IMG/VR virus record: IMGVR_UViG_3300025770_001492
Location: 181,523-245,522 of that record
Direction: 5' to 3' (one strand)
Length of the DNA stretch: 64,000 nucleotides
Part shown: positions 9,164-17,974 of the stretch, piece after piece
Numbering within the stretch: position 1 is the first letter of the stretch
Layout: every line of letters starts with the position of its first letter
The notes under the pieces: model-generated
The model's database searches: none
What the model saw: only the letters and a program-made list of their open reading frames with translations
What the model was told of the DNA's origin: nothing
Program-made: the position numbers and the translations under genes

Positions 9164-10762
9164 TTGAGTAAGTATATCATCGTAGCAGGCGGAGTAATTA
9201 GCGGAACTGGAAAAGGCGTATCCGCAGCATCAATTGGATTACTTCTCAAGCAAAGAGGACACACGGTTGAACTGATAAAGTTTGATCCTTATTTGAACAT
9301 TAATGCTGGAATTTTAGCTCCTCGTGAGCATGGCGAATGTTTTCTGTGCGACGACGGAACAGAAACAGATCTCGATTTGGGGCACTATGAAAGGATCGCA
9401 GGAGTCACAGTAGGGGCTGAAAACATATGCACAGCAGGAACGATATACAAAGAGTTAGTAGAAGAACAAGAGGATGGAAAATGGCTTGGACATACGATTC
9501 AAGTCATGCCTCATGTTACAGATAAGATATCTGAAAGACTTTTGAACTTGGGAAAAAAAGCGGATATCGTAATTGCCGAGATCGGCGGAACTGTTGGAGA
9601 TGTTGAATCTGATCCCTTCTTCAAGGCTGTAGCCAGATTCAAACAAAAGTATGAAAATGACTGCATGGTTGTCATGGTGTCTCCAATTTTGTGGGTTCCC
9701 ACAATCAAGGAGTTTAAAACAAAGCCTCTGCAAAGGTCTCTCATCGACCTCAAGTCTCACGGACTCAACCCAGACATGCTTTTGTGCAGAGTTGATAGGG
9801 ATGTGCCATCAGACATAATAAGAAAGGTATCTGACACCACCGGCGTGCCAATCCAAGCTGTTTTCGACGCACCAGATGTAAAAACAATATATCAGGTTCC
9901 AATTGAGTTTTATAATCGTGAAGTGGACGACATGATTGTAGATAAACTTCGTTTAAAACGAAAAGGTTGTAGAATAGGCCAGTATAGGAAGCTAGTTGAG
10001 AAAGCCAATAATCCAACTAATCGAAATATAACAATTGGAATATTTGGTAAATATGAGAATTGCGATGAGGCTTATATTTCTTTAAAAGAAGCGTTAATGC
10101 ATGCTGGCTTGGCACAAGATGTGAATGTCAACATCGAATGGATCAATTCTTCAGACTTAGAGGCGTGTAAAAATGTTAAAAAATATTTTAAGGATTTAGA
10201 TGGAATCATTGTGCCTGGCGGTTTCGATAAAAGAGGAGTAGAAGGAAAAATAAAAGCAATCAAGTATGCTCGTGAAAACAATGTTCCATTTCTTGGAATA
10301 TGTTTAGGTCTTCAATGTGCTGTAATTGAATATGCTAGAAATGTGATGGGGCTAAAGGGAGCAAGTAGTCTAGAATTTGATAAAAAGTGCGAGCACCCAG
10401 TTATCAACTATGTTGAAGGACAAGAAGATCTTAAGAAAAAGTCTGGAACCATGCGATTGGGAGCATATGATTGCGTTGTGACCGAAAATTCTGTTGCTCA
10501 TTCTCTGTATGGCAAGCAAACAATTAGCGAACGACACAGGCACAGATACGAAGTAAACAATGATTATATTAATGACTTGGAAAAACATGGGATGTTAGTA
10601 TCTGGAGTAAATCCAAAGAGTGGACTGGTTGAAATTGTTGAAATAACAGATCATAAATATTTTATAGCAACCCAAGCCCACCCAGAGTTTAAGAGTTCAA
10701 TTGTGAATCCTGCACCTTTGTTCAAAGGTCTTATTGATAACTGTTTAGCTTTTCGAGTATGA
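9164..10762 (+). CDS. pyrG: CTP synthase
   Basis: GGVISGTGKG, KFDPYLN, DLDLGHYER, EIGGTVGD, GICLGLQ nucleophile, ERHRHRYE, HPE. Confidence 0.97.
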   Translation: MSKYIIVAGGVISGTGKGVSAASIGLLLKQRGHTVELIKFDPYLNINAGILAPREHGECFLCDDGTETDLDLGHYERIAGVTVGAENICTAGTIYKELVEEQEDGKWLGHTIQVMPHVTDKISERLLNLGKKADIVIAEIGGTVGDVESDPFFKAVARFKQKYENDCMVVMVSPILWVPTIKEFKTKPLQRSLIDLKSHGLNPDMLLCRVDRDVPSDIIRKVSDTTGVPIQAVFDAPDVKTIYQVPIEFYNREVDDMIVDKLRLKRKGCRIGQYRKLVEKANNPTNRNITIGIFGKYENCDEAYISLKEALMHAGLAQDVNVNIEWINSSDLEACKNVKKYFKDLDGIIVPGGFDKRGVEGKIKAIKYARENNVPFLGICLGLQCAVIEYARNVMGLKGASSLEFDKKCEHPVINYVEGQEDLKKKSGTMRLGAYDCVVTENSVAHSLYGKQTISERHRHRYEVNNDYINDLEKHGMLVSGVNPKSGLVEIVEITDHKYFIATQAHPEFKSSIVNPAPLFKGLIDNCLAFRV

Positions 10763-11118
10763 AAAATAAATTGAAGAAATCCGACCTTTGCCCAATCTGT
10801 GAAGACTTTATGGATTTAGCAATTGTAAGTTGTAAAAAAACTCCATTCGTAGATGGTAGAAATTACTCTAAAATATGCTTTACATGTTGGCACGTTCCAA
10901 AGGAAGAAGTTCAGAATTATAACGAAGATGGAACTATTGAAAGCATAGATGGACCATTTTACGATCATATCCATCTTAATTCTGCTCAAGAATTAGTAGA
11001 CCAAGGAACTGCCGACTCTTTGAAACAAGCAAGGAAATCTGTAAGGTGTGTAAAAAAGAAATGCAAAGGCTTGAAACAACCAATAAAACACAATAGGCCG
11101 AAGCAAGAGCTTGGGTAA
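10759..11118 (+). CDS. Hypothetical CxxC-containing protein
   Basis: CPIC and CFTC pairs; overlaps the pyrG stop. Confidence 0.6.
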   Translation: MKNKLKKSDLCPICEDFMDLAIVSCKKTPFVDGRNYSKICFTCWHVPKEEVQNYNEDGTIESIDGPFYDHIHLNSAQELVDQGTADSLKQARKSVRCVKKKCKGLKQPIKHNRPKQELG

Positions 11119-11164
11119 AATTGCATTTAAAATGTATATAAGTAAAGCATAAAAGAGATATATC

Positions 11165-11734
11165 ATGAAATTTAGAGAATTTTTACTAAACGAAGACAGC
11201 AAATATTTAAGTGAAAAAATAGGCGGTATTTTGAGCATATTGCACGCTACCCAAGAAGATAAAGACGGACTTGGGAGCAGAGACATTGAAACTTATGCAC
11301 AAAAAGTTATCAATCAAATAAAGCCAATTTTAAACATTTCAAAAGGATCGAAGGATGTGCAACGATCCCTTCAGAAAGTCGCAGTAGCAATATCAATTGC
11401 AATGGAAGAAAAAAAAGGAGACGAACTCTTGGACATTATGTCAAAATCTTCCCAAATTATAGAAAAATTGTTATCTGATATGGGAAGCCCGATTCAAGAT
11501 TTGGGAACCCCTCCTGAGGCCGGAAAGCCACAAGACCAAGATTCGGCACTTCAGCCTCCGATTGAACCAGAAACGCCAGAGCAGCCTCCTGTCGATCCCT
11601 CACAGCCTCAGCAACCTGCTCCTGTCGATCCCTCACAGCCTCAGCAACCTGCTCCTGTCGATCCCTCACAGCCTCAGCAACCTGCTCCTGTCGATCCAAG
11701 ACAAGCACAGCGGCTTTCTTTGCCACAAGGATAG
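11165..11734 (+). CDS. Hypothetical protein with capsid-targeting-like N-terminus and Pro/Gln tail
   Basis: MKFREFLLNED start; TATATA at 11135-11140. Confidence 0.7.
   Translation: MKFREFLLNEDSKYLSEKIGGILSILHATQEDKDGLGSRDIETYAQKVINQIKPILNISKGSKDVQRSLQKVAVAISIAMEEKKGDELLDIMSKSSQIIEKLLSDMGSPIQDLGTPPEAGKPQDQDSALQPPIEPETPEQPPVDPSQPQQPAPVDPSQPQQPAPVDPSQPQQPAPVDPRQAQRLSLPQG
11588..11697 (+). repeat. 33-nt coding tandem repeat (PVDPSQPQQPA), about 3.3 copies
   Basis: cctgtcgatccctcacagcctcagcaacctgct repeated. Confidence 0.9.
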
Positions 11735-11745
11735 AAATTCATAAC

Positions 11746-12177
11746 ATGATAAGTCACAAGCACCTAATGATAAGGGCAGAAGTCCAGAATCCCATAAAAA
11801 CCACTGAATCTGCATTTACTTGGATGGAGAAACTGGTTGATTCGATTGGGATGGTCATTTGCCCAAATGGAGGGCCTCATGTCCACTATGTAAATAAAGA
11901 AAACAACTGCGGCATTGCCGCAGTTGTTATGATTGAAACGAGCCATTGCAGTTTGCATGTTTGGGACAAGGCAGATCCGCCATTGGTTCAGTTTGATGTG
12001 TATTCTTGTTCAGATTATGAAGTTTCAAAGGTACTGGAGCTTTTGAATGAAATGAAACCTACGAAAGTGTGGTGGAAATTATTCAATAGAGAAAGTATAA
12101 TAAAAGAAGAAGATAATAGTTTTAAAGACTATGCCATCACACTCAAGTCAGATGACTGTTTGCGTGAATTATTTTAA
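11746..12177 (+). CDS. speD: Pyruvoyl-dependent S-adenosylmethionine decarboxylase-family proenzyme
   Basis: KHLMI, IAAVVMIETSHCSLHVW, QFDVYSC. Confidence 0.85.
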   Translation: MISHKHLMIRAEVQNPIKTTESAFTWMEKLVDSIGMVICPNGGPHVHYVNKENNCGIAAVVMIETSHCSLHVWDKADPPLVQFDVYSCSDYEVSKVLELLNEMKPTKVWWKLFNRESIIKEEDNSFKDYAITLKSDDCLRELF

Positions 12178-12191
12178 CTTGGAGGTGCATC

Positions 12192-13397
12192 ATTTGCGGC
12201 ATAAGCGGTTATATAGGACAAAGTAAGCATCCTGATATAACATATTCTCTAATTACAAATTTATTTAGTTGTATAGAATCCAGAGGTCGAGATGCTTCTG
12301 GCTTTTGGGGGGTTTCAAAAGATAGCGGAAAAATTCTATATCACAAAGAGCCAATTACTTCTAGCACGTTTATAAAAGGAGAAACTTGGAAAAAAATATC
12401 CAAGATGAATCCTGACATTCTTTTAACTCATGCGAGGGGTGCTTCAAAAGGTGTCGGTGCTCCATTTGTGAACTCCAACAATCATCCCTTCGTAAATAGC
12501 GACAAATCAATAGGTCTGATTCACAACGGCAGGGTGTCAGATTGCCAGTACAGAACTTTAAAAAAGAGGTATGAAGTATCCTCTGGTTGCGATTCAGAAA
12601 TATTGTTAAGAATATTTGAGCACGCACATTTGAATTCAAACAAGAATGATACTTCTGGGTTTATGAACATATGGTCACAAGTTCTTGAGGCCCACATGGC
12701 AATAGCAGTTGGAGAAAAGACGAGCAAGCACGAAAGAAGGTTGTGGATCTCAAGAAACGAGCATCGCCCTAATTGGGTTGTAGATTTAAGAAAGCAATTG
12801 GGGCAATTGTTTTTCGTATCTACCCCAGAAATATGGGCTGAAGCTGTAGACAATTGTTCTTTGTTGAAGAATTTTATAAAAAAATTTAAAATGGTAGAAC
12901 TCCCAACAGAAGAGATTTGGAGATTTAAATTATCAGAAAATAACAAGATAGATTTAAGTAAGTTTAAGGTTCATTTTGAAGGAACCGAAGAATGGGACCA
13001 CACAGAATCCCTTATTCCGATAGTTAAAAATACTGTTAATGATGAAATTTATTCAAACTTAGATGAATCAGAAAATGTTATAAAAAAATACAAACCCAAT
13101 CCAGTCAAATTAAACACAGAGTTAGACAGAAAAGTTGATCCTGTATTTTCCAGTCCTGAAAAGTGCGAAGAAATCGATTGTTTTTACAGTAATGGCATAT
13201 GCACGGACAAAGACGGTTTAGAAAGAATCTGCGACAGTATAAAATCAATTAAGTTTATGCTAGAAGATATAGAAACCCTTGCAGAAAACAAACTTATCGA
13301 GGGATCAATGGAAGAAAGTGAAATGCTTGAATTATTGTACGCACTGGAGTCAACTGGAGTCGATTTAAATGGGACTTTAAGAATTCTTAAGCAATAA
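12192..13397 (+). CDS. Class II (Ntn) glutamine amidotransferase-like protein; start extended to ATT
   Basis: In frame upstream of the track ORF: ATT-CGISGYIG...ESRGRDASG; HARGAS, NNHPF, HNG, DSE motifs; GGAGG at 12181; in-frame TGA at 12165. Confidence 0.8.
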   Translation: MCGISGYIGQSKHPDITYSLITNLFSCIESRGRDASGFWGVSKDSGKILYHKEPITSSTFIKGETWKKISKMNPDILLTHARGASKGVGAPFVNSNNHPFVNSDKSIGLIHNGRVSDCQYRTLKKRYEVSSGCDSEILLRIFEHAHLNSNKNDTSGFMNIWSQVLEAHMAIAVGEKTSKHERRLWISRNEHRPNWVVDLRKQLGQLFFVSTPEIWAEAVDNCSLLKNFIKKFKMVELPTEEIWRFKLSENNKIDLSKFKVHFEGTEEWDHTESLIPIVKNTVNDEIYSNLDESENVIKKYKPNPVKLNTELDRKVDPVFSSPEKCEEIDCFYSNGICTDKDGLERICDSIKSIKFMLEDIETLAENKLIEGSMEESEMLELLYALESTGVDLNGTLRILKQ

Positions 13398-13409
13398 CTC
13401 TATTATTTT

Positions 13410-13982
13410 ATGGACGACTATGAAATTGAACCAATTTGGGAAAATACAAAGCCTAAGAAAATAAAAACAGGGCAAAAAGGGAAAAGGGTTGAAAGAGAGC
13501 TTTGCAAGGCTTTGAATAAGAGATTTGCAAAACTAATTTCCGAAAATCCATCTTGGGGTCAGTTTTCTCGATCTATTGGATCAGGGAATCGATGGGGTCA
13601 AGTGTCCAATCTTCCAAAGCATGCTAAAGATACTTTTTCTGGTGACATAACCTGTCCAGAGAATTTCAAGTTCACAATAGAATCTAAAGGCGGCTATAAC
13701 GATATTGACCTCAATTCCGCTTTTGACAAAGGTCACAAAGAACTAGACACCTTCTTGCAGCAGGCATTGGATGATTCGGAGAGATCTGGAAGGCATCCTA
13801 TGCTTGTGTGGAAAAAAGATAGAAAGCCAAGACTTGTCTTTGTTGAGAGAGACGTAGTAGAATCAGAGTTGACATCTAAACAGATAGTTGCTTCTGATTA
13901 CGTTTTGATTTATAGAGATTGGGTGGCTTTTAATTTAGATAAACTCTTAGGCTTTGATGACAAATTCTTTTTTGATTTTTAA
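13410..13982 (+). CDS. PD-(D/E)XK nuclease, Holliday junction resolvase-like
   Basis: KGKRVERE, GDI, IESK. Confidence 0.75.
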   Translation: MDDYEIEPIWENTKPKKIKTGQKGKRVERELCKALNKRFAKLISENPSWGQFSRSIGSGNRWGQVSNLPKHAKDTFSGDITCPENFKFTIESKGGYNDIDLNSAFDKGHKELDTFLQQALDDSERSGRHPMLVWKKDRKPRLVFVERDVVESELTSKQIVASDYVLIYRDWVAFNLDKLLGFDDKFFFDF

Positions 13983-14221
13983 CTGTTCGCTTTTTTCATC
14001 AATTTCAAGAAAGATTCTCTAGCTTCTTTGTTGTATCCTGCAATAGGATTTGCGGAGTATTTCTTGAATTCTGAAATAGTTGCTTTTTCCCTTTTAGGCT
14101 TTTGCCCATCAATGTACTCTACGAGCATGTAGTTCTTCCATCTTCTCACATTCCCGTGCATGTAAGGGGAAGATTTTTTAGACGCCCAACAAAGTCTTTT
14201 TTTGAATATGTATCTTTTCAT
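13979..14221 (-). CDS. Hypothetical protein
   Basis: Start trimmed to MKRYIF because the longer track ORF runs through a terminator hairpin. Confidence 0.5.
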   Translation of the reverse strand: MKRYIFKKRLCWASKKSSPYMHGNVRRWKNYMLVEYIDGQKPKREKATISEFKKYSANPIAGYNKEARESFLKLMKKANS

Positions 14222-14325
14222 GGTTGTGCCATGATACCATGAAATTTTTGGTTGTAAAGCAAAAAACAGGCTCATAAGTATAAATAATATTGGAGTGCGC
14301 TTGCCATGGAAGGATAACAAGCAGC

Positions 14326-14370
14326 AAAAAGCCCCGTTCAACCTTTGTTGCTCTGAACGGGGCTATTTTT
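14326..14370. terminator. Hairpin with A/T tracts on both sides
   Basis: gccccgttca (14331-40) pairs with tgaacggggc (14354-63). Confidence 0.7.
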
Positions 14371-14372
14371 AT

Positions 14373-14402
14373 AAAAAAACCCCAACAATGCAATTGTCGG
14401 GG
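14373..14402 (-). terminator. Intrinsic terminator after the 14430..15161 gene
   Basis: Minus strand ccccgacaat-tgc-attgttgggg followed by a T7 tract. Confidence 0.75.
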
Positions 14403-14429
14403 CCGGTCGGGCTAAGGAAGAAACCGTCA

Positions 14430-15161
14430 CTAGTATATCTGTACCTGCTGCTTGTCTGAAATATGTACAGTGTCACCAAAATCCATCTGAAACCAAACGT
14501 TATAAATCCCACAATCCATCTCAGTCGTGTCAAGGTAATAGTACCCAACACATTTCTCTCTAAGCTCTACAAGTTCGCAATCTACTACTAATCTGAGGTC
14601 CTGTTCAGCAGGCATACATTCTCCACACTCTTGTTCGATAGACACTTTAAGAGGAGACACTATAGCTAAGTTTTGATAATACCTATTCAGATCGCTAGTC
14701 TTAGGGACATTTGGAGTAATGTCTATTATTAAATAATTTTTTGAACCTTGTCTAATTTTATTTGGTCTAAAAGAAAAATCAAATCCATACACAACAGGAA
14801 CAGGAGAAGTGAACCAAAGGTCAGGAAAGATTTCAAAGCTGTTCTCAATCTGAGCCTCAGTTTCGCCAGATTCAACCTCAACAGTCCAGACATCTGAATA
14901 CCTTCCTATTGTGTAGACTGCTTGCTCCAATTCAACAGATGTTGAATATTGTCCAGTAGAATCAAGGCTAACATCTGCCGACTCTATAGTTTGAACTAAC
15001 CTTTTGCCATCTGGATTCGCTGCTGTTTTTTCGTCATCAAAAGCGTATATTTCCACCTTAGTGACAGAATTAAAATTACGATAGTTATTTGAATTATATG
15101 CAAATACTCGTAATTTTAATTCATCACCGACAACGGGGTTTTGAAATCTTTCTTTAGACAT
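14430..15161 (-). CDS. Hypothetical, probable baseplate/tail beta-sandwich protein
   Basis: Beta-rich and acidic; co-oriented downstream of the chaperone genes. Confidence 0.5.
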   Translation of the reverse strand: MSKERFQNPVVGDELKLRVFAYNSNNYRNFNSVTKVEIYAFDDEKTAANPDGKRLVQTIESADVSLDSTGQYSTSVELEQAVYTIGRYSDVWTVEVESGETEAQIENSFEIFPDLWFTSPVPVVYGFDFSFRPNKIRQGSKNYLIIDITPNVPKTSDLNRYYQNLAIVSPLKVSIEQECGECMPAEQDLRLVVDCELVELREKCVGYYYLDTTEMDCGIYNVWFQMDFGDTVHISDKQQVQIY

Positions 15162-15171
15162 TTAACTAACC

Positions 15172-15333
15172 TTATTTTTTAGCTTTTCTTCTAGCTGCTT
15201 CCATCGCTTCGTTTTCACGATTTTTTTGTTTTATAAATCGCTCAATTATCCACTTCCGTTCATTGACAGGTATTTGCAAACATTGTGCCCTGCCCATCCG
15301 AAGATGATACTGGAAGAAAAATATTTCTTCCAT
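15172..15333 (-). CDS. 53-aa ORF, gp51-like/tail-chaperone C-terminal part (not in ORF track)
   Basis: MEEIFFFQYHLRMGRAQCLQIPVNERKWIIERFIKQKNRENEAMEAARRKAKK; the frame stays open upstream to the slippery site. Confidence 0.75.
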   Translation of the reverse strand: MEEIFFFQYHLRMGRAQCLQIPVNERKWIIERFIKQKNRENEAMEAARRKAKK

Positions 15334-15377
15334 TAAGTTTTCCCAAAGAATAATCGACGGATCAGTTGCTAGTTCAC

Positions 15378-16481
15378 CTACTGGGTCGTTCGGGTTTTCT
15401 TCTTTGCCCTTGGGAAGAAAAAATTTGATTCCAAAGGCAGTTCTACCTCAAATTCCTCCATTGTGAATGGGCTTGTAATTTCAACCGTTGTGTCTACACC
15501 AAAAGGCGGCTCATTCACAGAATTTCTAAGGTAGGAAACATCATTGACTGAAAGTCTCTTGAGCAATTCTAGAATTTCATGCTGATTAGTCAGACCTTCT
15601 AGGTCTGTAATTAAAAGCGAAGTCCTATAGAGAAGAGTATCGTCAGCTTGTTCTACGCCTCCAAATTCCTTGTTCTTTCTTTCTCTGTATTCTTGAACTT
15701 TGATGTCATCCGTTCCAGTTGCCAATCTGTAAGAGAAGTTAAGGCCACTAGTTGGAAGCGTGTCTCCTAAGCTGTTCAAATCAAAGTCATAAGGGCATTC
15801 ATCTACAAACAAGCTGTTTAAATCAATCACGGTGGAAAACTTTTTATTTGTAAAAGGACACGTAAGCTGTACGTCGTATTCTGGCGTATAGGATATGCCT
15901 CTTAGAAACAACAATAGATATGTTCTATCAGAACTGAGCCACTTGGATGTATCGAAATCATCCTGCATGCACTTTCTGAATATCATGTCAATAGCTTTTC
16001 CCTGCTTGACGAATCTCGGAGTGGCTAGAATTTGCTCTTCTGCACCTGTCATCGGACGGACCTTAACAACCCCATCAGTAGGACCATCTGTGCCATCATA
16101 GAATTTTCCCTTTGATGGCAAATTGATTTCTTCATAGTTGAAAGTTGCCCCTGATACAGCACTAATCAACTCTTCCAGCCGATTGCTTCCGGTAGTTCTC
16201 AGATTAGGAGAATCAGAATACTGTTGCTCTGGCCTTGGTTGAGGACCGTTTTTAGAGGGTCCTTGTTCGCCTTTTACGTTTTGCTGCGCTTGTAAAAACT
16301 GCTGAGGGACGCTCCCGGAAATAGAAACTCCTTTATCTCCAGCAGGTTGTTGCGGAGTTTCTCCCGTTTCGGCAGCAACAGCTTCACGAACAGCTTGCCC
16401 TGCATTCATTGGGTTATCACCAGATTCTACGTCTGATGGATTAACTGGTTGTCTGTCTTGACGGAATGTATCTTCTGCCAT
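15378..16481 (-). CDS. T4 gp26-like baseplate hub assembly / tail assembly chaperone
   Basis: INLPSKGKFY, VRPMTGAEEQIL, SDRTYLLLFLRGISY, LTCP. Confidence 0.8.
   Translation of the reverse strand: MAEDTFRQDRQPVNPSDVESGDNPMNAGQAVREAVAAETGETPQQPAGDKGVSISGSVPQQFLQAQQNVKGEQGPSKNGPQPRPEQQYSDSPNLRTTGSNRLEELISAVSGATFNYEEINLPSKGKFYDGTDGPTDGVVKVRPMTGAEEQILATPRFVKQGKAIDMIFRKCMQDDFDTSKWLSSDRTYLLLFLRGISYTPEYDVQLTCPFTNKKFSTVIDLNSLFVDECPYDFDLNSLGDTLPTSGLNFSYRLATGTDDIKVQEYRERKNKEFGGVEQADDTLLYRTSLLITDLEGLTNQHEILELLKRLSVNDVSYLRNSVNEPPFGVDTTVEITSPFTMEEFEVELPLESNFFFPRAKKKTRTTQ
15417..15423 (-). other. Candidate -1 programmed frameshift heptamer T TTT TTC
   Basis: Correctly phased X XXY YYZ; the -1 frame is open into 15172..15333. 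Confidence 0.7.
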
Positions 16482-16534
16482 AATTTTATATCTCCCCTAG
16501 AAATTTCTAGAAATTTATTTTATACTATCATAGT

Positions 16535-16897
16535 ATGCTTAATTTAAATTTGAATAATATTGAAAAATTAGTCTTTGAGAGTGGCGTTATTAAGAAGTTT
16601 CCAGAGTTCAAACACCAATATGATCAATGGAAGCTCTCAAAAATGAGTCCCTCTTTAAGGCAACTTGGGAAACGGACGTTAATTGACTTTGTTAATTGCC
16701 TGCAAAATGAACACATCTCTGCTTTAGAGAACTATTTTAAAACTTCAATTACTATTGATAAATTAGATTATCACACAGCTAAAAACTATAATTTTTCTAC
16801 GTCTAGGTTGGAAATCGATTTGAATGACATTCAAGGACTCGAAAACTTTACGACGTATACGGATGGTTGTCAAACTTATATATCCTTTTGGCGTTAA
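16535..16897 (+). CDS. Hypothetical protein
   Basis: 120-aa ORF at the start of a co-oriented run. Confidence 0.6.
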   Translation: MLNLNLNNIEKLVFESGVIKKFPEFKHQYDQWKLSKMSPSLRQLGKRTLIDFVNCLQNEHISALENYFKTSITIDKLDYHTAKNYNFSTSRLEIDLNDIQGLENFTTYTDGCQTYISFWR

Positions 16898-16919
16898 TTT
16901 TTAATAAGGAGCACTCGCT

Positions 16920-17240
16920 ATGAATTTGTTTTTGTTTTCACTATCGGTGATTGGGATGACTCACATCATTGTTGACTCTAGTATATTTGCCCCTATAAGG
17001 TGGTTATTTGAGAAAATATTACCAAAATATCTTTACAAGATTTTGGAATGTTACCAATGCTCAGGAACTTGGTGCGGATTCGCACTGGGTTGGGCGATAG
17101 TGGACAAAGATCCATTTGTCGTGTTCGCTTGTGGGTGTGCAGGAAGCTTTTTGTCAACGCTTGCGGCCACATTCCTTAACTATCTTGAAGCAAGGTCTGT
17201 TGTTGATATTGATCTTAATGACGATGAAGGCGAAGTTTGA
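16920..17240 (+). CDS. DUF1360-like small membrane protein
   Basis: Hydrophobic helices and LECYQCSGTW; RBS aaggag. Confidence 0.65.
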   Translation: MNLFLFSLSVIGMTHIIVDSSIFAPIRWLFEKILPKYLYKILECYQCSGTWCGFALGWAIVDKDPFVVFACGCAGSFLSTLAATFLNYLEARSVVDIDLNDDEGEV

Positions 17241-17608
17241 TGTATCAATTATATTGTCAAATTTGTAATTGGAAGAAGATAACAGATGGGGGAGATATAA
17301 AAAATTTAACGGAAGTTAAAACCTCGAACATACAAAGAGAAATACCAAAGTTTGACAAAAAAGAGAAAAAAACAATTTTATCAAAAGATAAAATTAGAAA
17401 AAAAAGATTTAAATGCCCCAATTGTGGCAGGGTAGTTTTTCCCAAAAAGATAGATGATCCACAGGCGGATATAGATGCCATTAGAGAAAAAGCTATTTAT
17501 GAAAAAGAAACTCTTGAAGTGAATTTGGAAATTTTAGAACAACAGGAAAACAGAAGAAGAAAATATGAAGAAGATAGGACTGATGGATGTAAAGGCGGCT
17601 CTGAATGA
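17237..17608 (+). CDS. Zinc-ribbon protein
   Basis: CQIC...CPNC. Confidence 0.6.
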   Translation: MMYQLYCQICNWKKITDGGDIKNLTEVKTSNIQREIPKFDKKEKKTILSKDKIRKKRFKCPNCGRVVFPKKIDDPQADIDAIREKAIYEKETLEVNLEILEQQENRRRKYEEDRTDGCKGGSE

Positions 17609-17951
17609 TCACAGGTTCAGAGATGCACTGCCAATAGAGCTTCAAGACGATGTTGTCAAATATCTGTCGAATCCCGGCTGTCCATGCAATGTACCGATTT
17701 ACAAAAAAATAATTAAAAAATGCAAAAAGGAATTGAAAGAGTACTATCCAAATTTATCAATTTCCAAAGTGGATGAAGAAGAAAAGGAAGTTGAGATTCT
17801 TTCCAAAAACAACTTTTCTGTTATAAATTGTCATATAGATGAGCTTGAAGAAAAGCTGAGAACGCTACCGCCTGGAAGAAAACAAATAGCGGTTTGCAGA
17901 TTCGAAGATCAAGCGACTGTTGTCTTAAATGAATTAGATGTTATATACTAA
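17565..17951 (+). CDS. Hypothetical protein
   Basis: 128-aa ORF with PGCPCN; overlaps the upstream gene. Confidence 0.6.
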   Translation: MKKIGLMDVKAALNDHRFRDALPIELQDDVVKYLSNPGCPCNVPIYKKIIKKCKKELKEYYPNLSISKVDEEEKEVEILSKNNFSVINCHIDELEEKLRTLPPGRKQIAVCRFEDQATVVLNELDVIY

Positions 17952-17974
17952 AAAGTAGTTAACGACCTGATTTT

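Noticed and set aside
12405-13397. Track start at 12405 for the amidotransferase
   Set aside because: It omits the catalytic N-terminal CGI motif and RGRD; the start was moved to 12192
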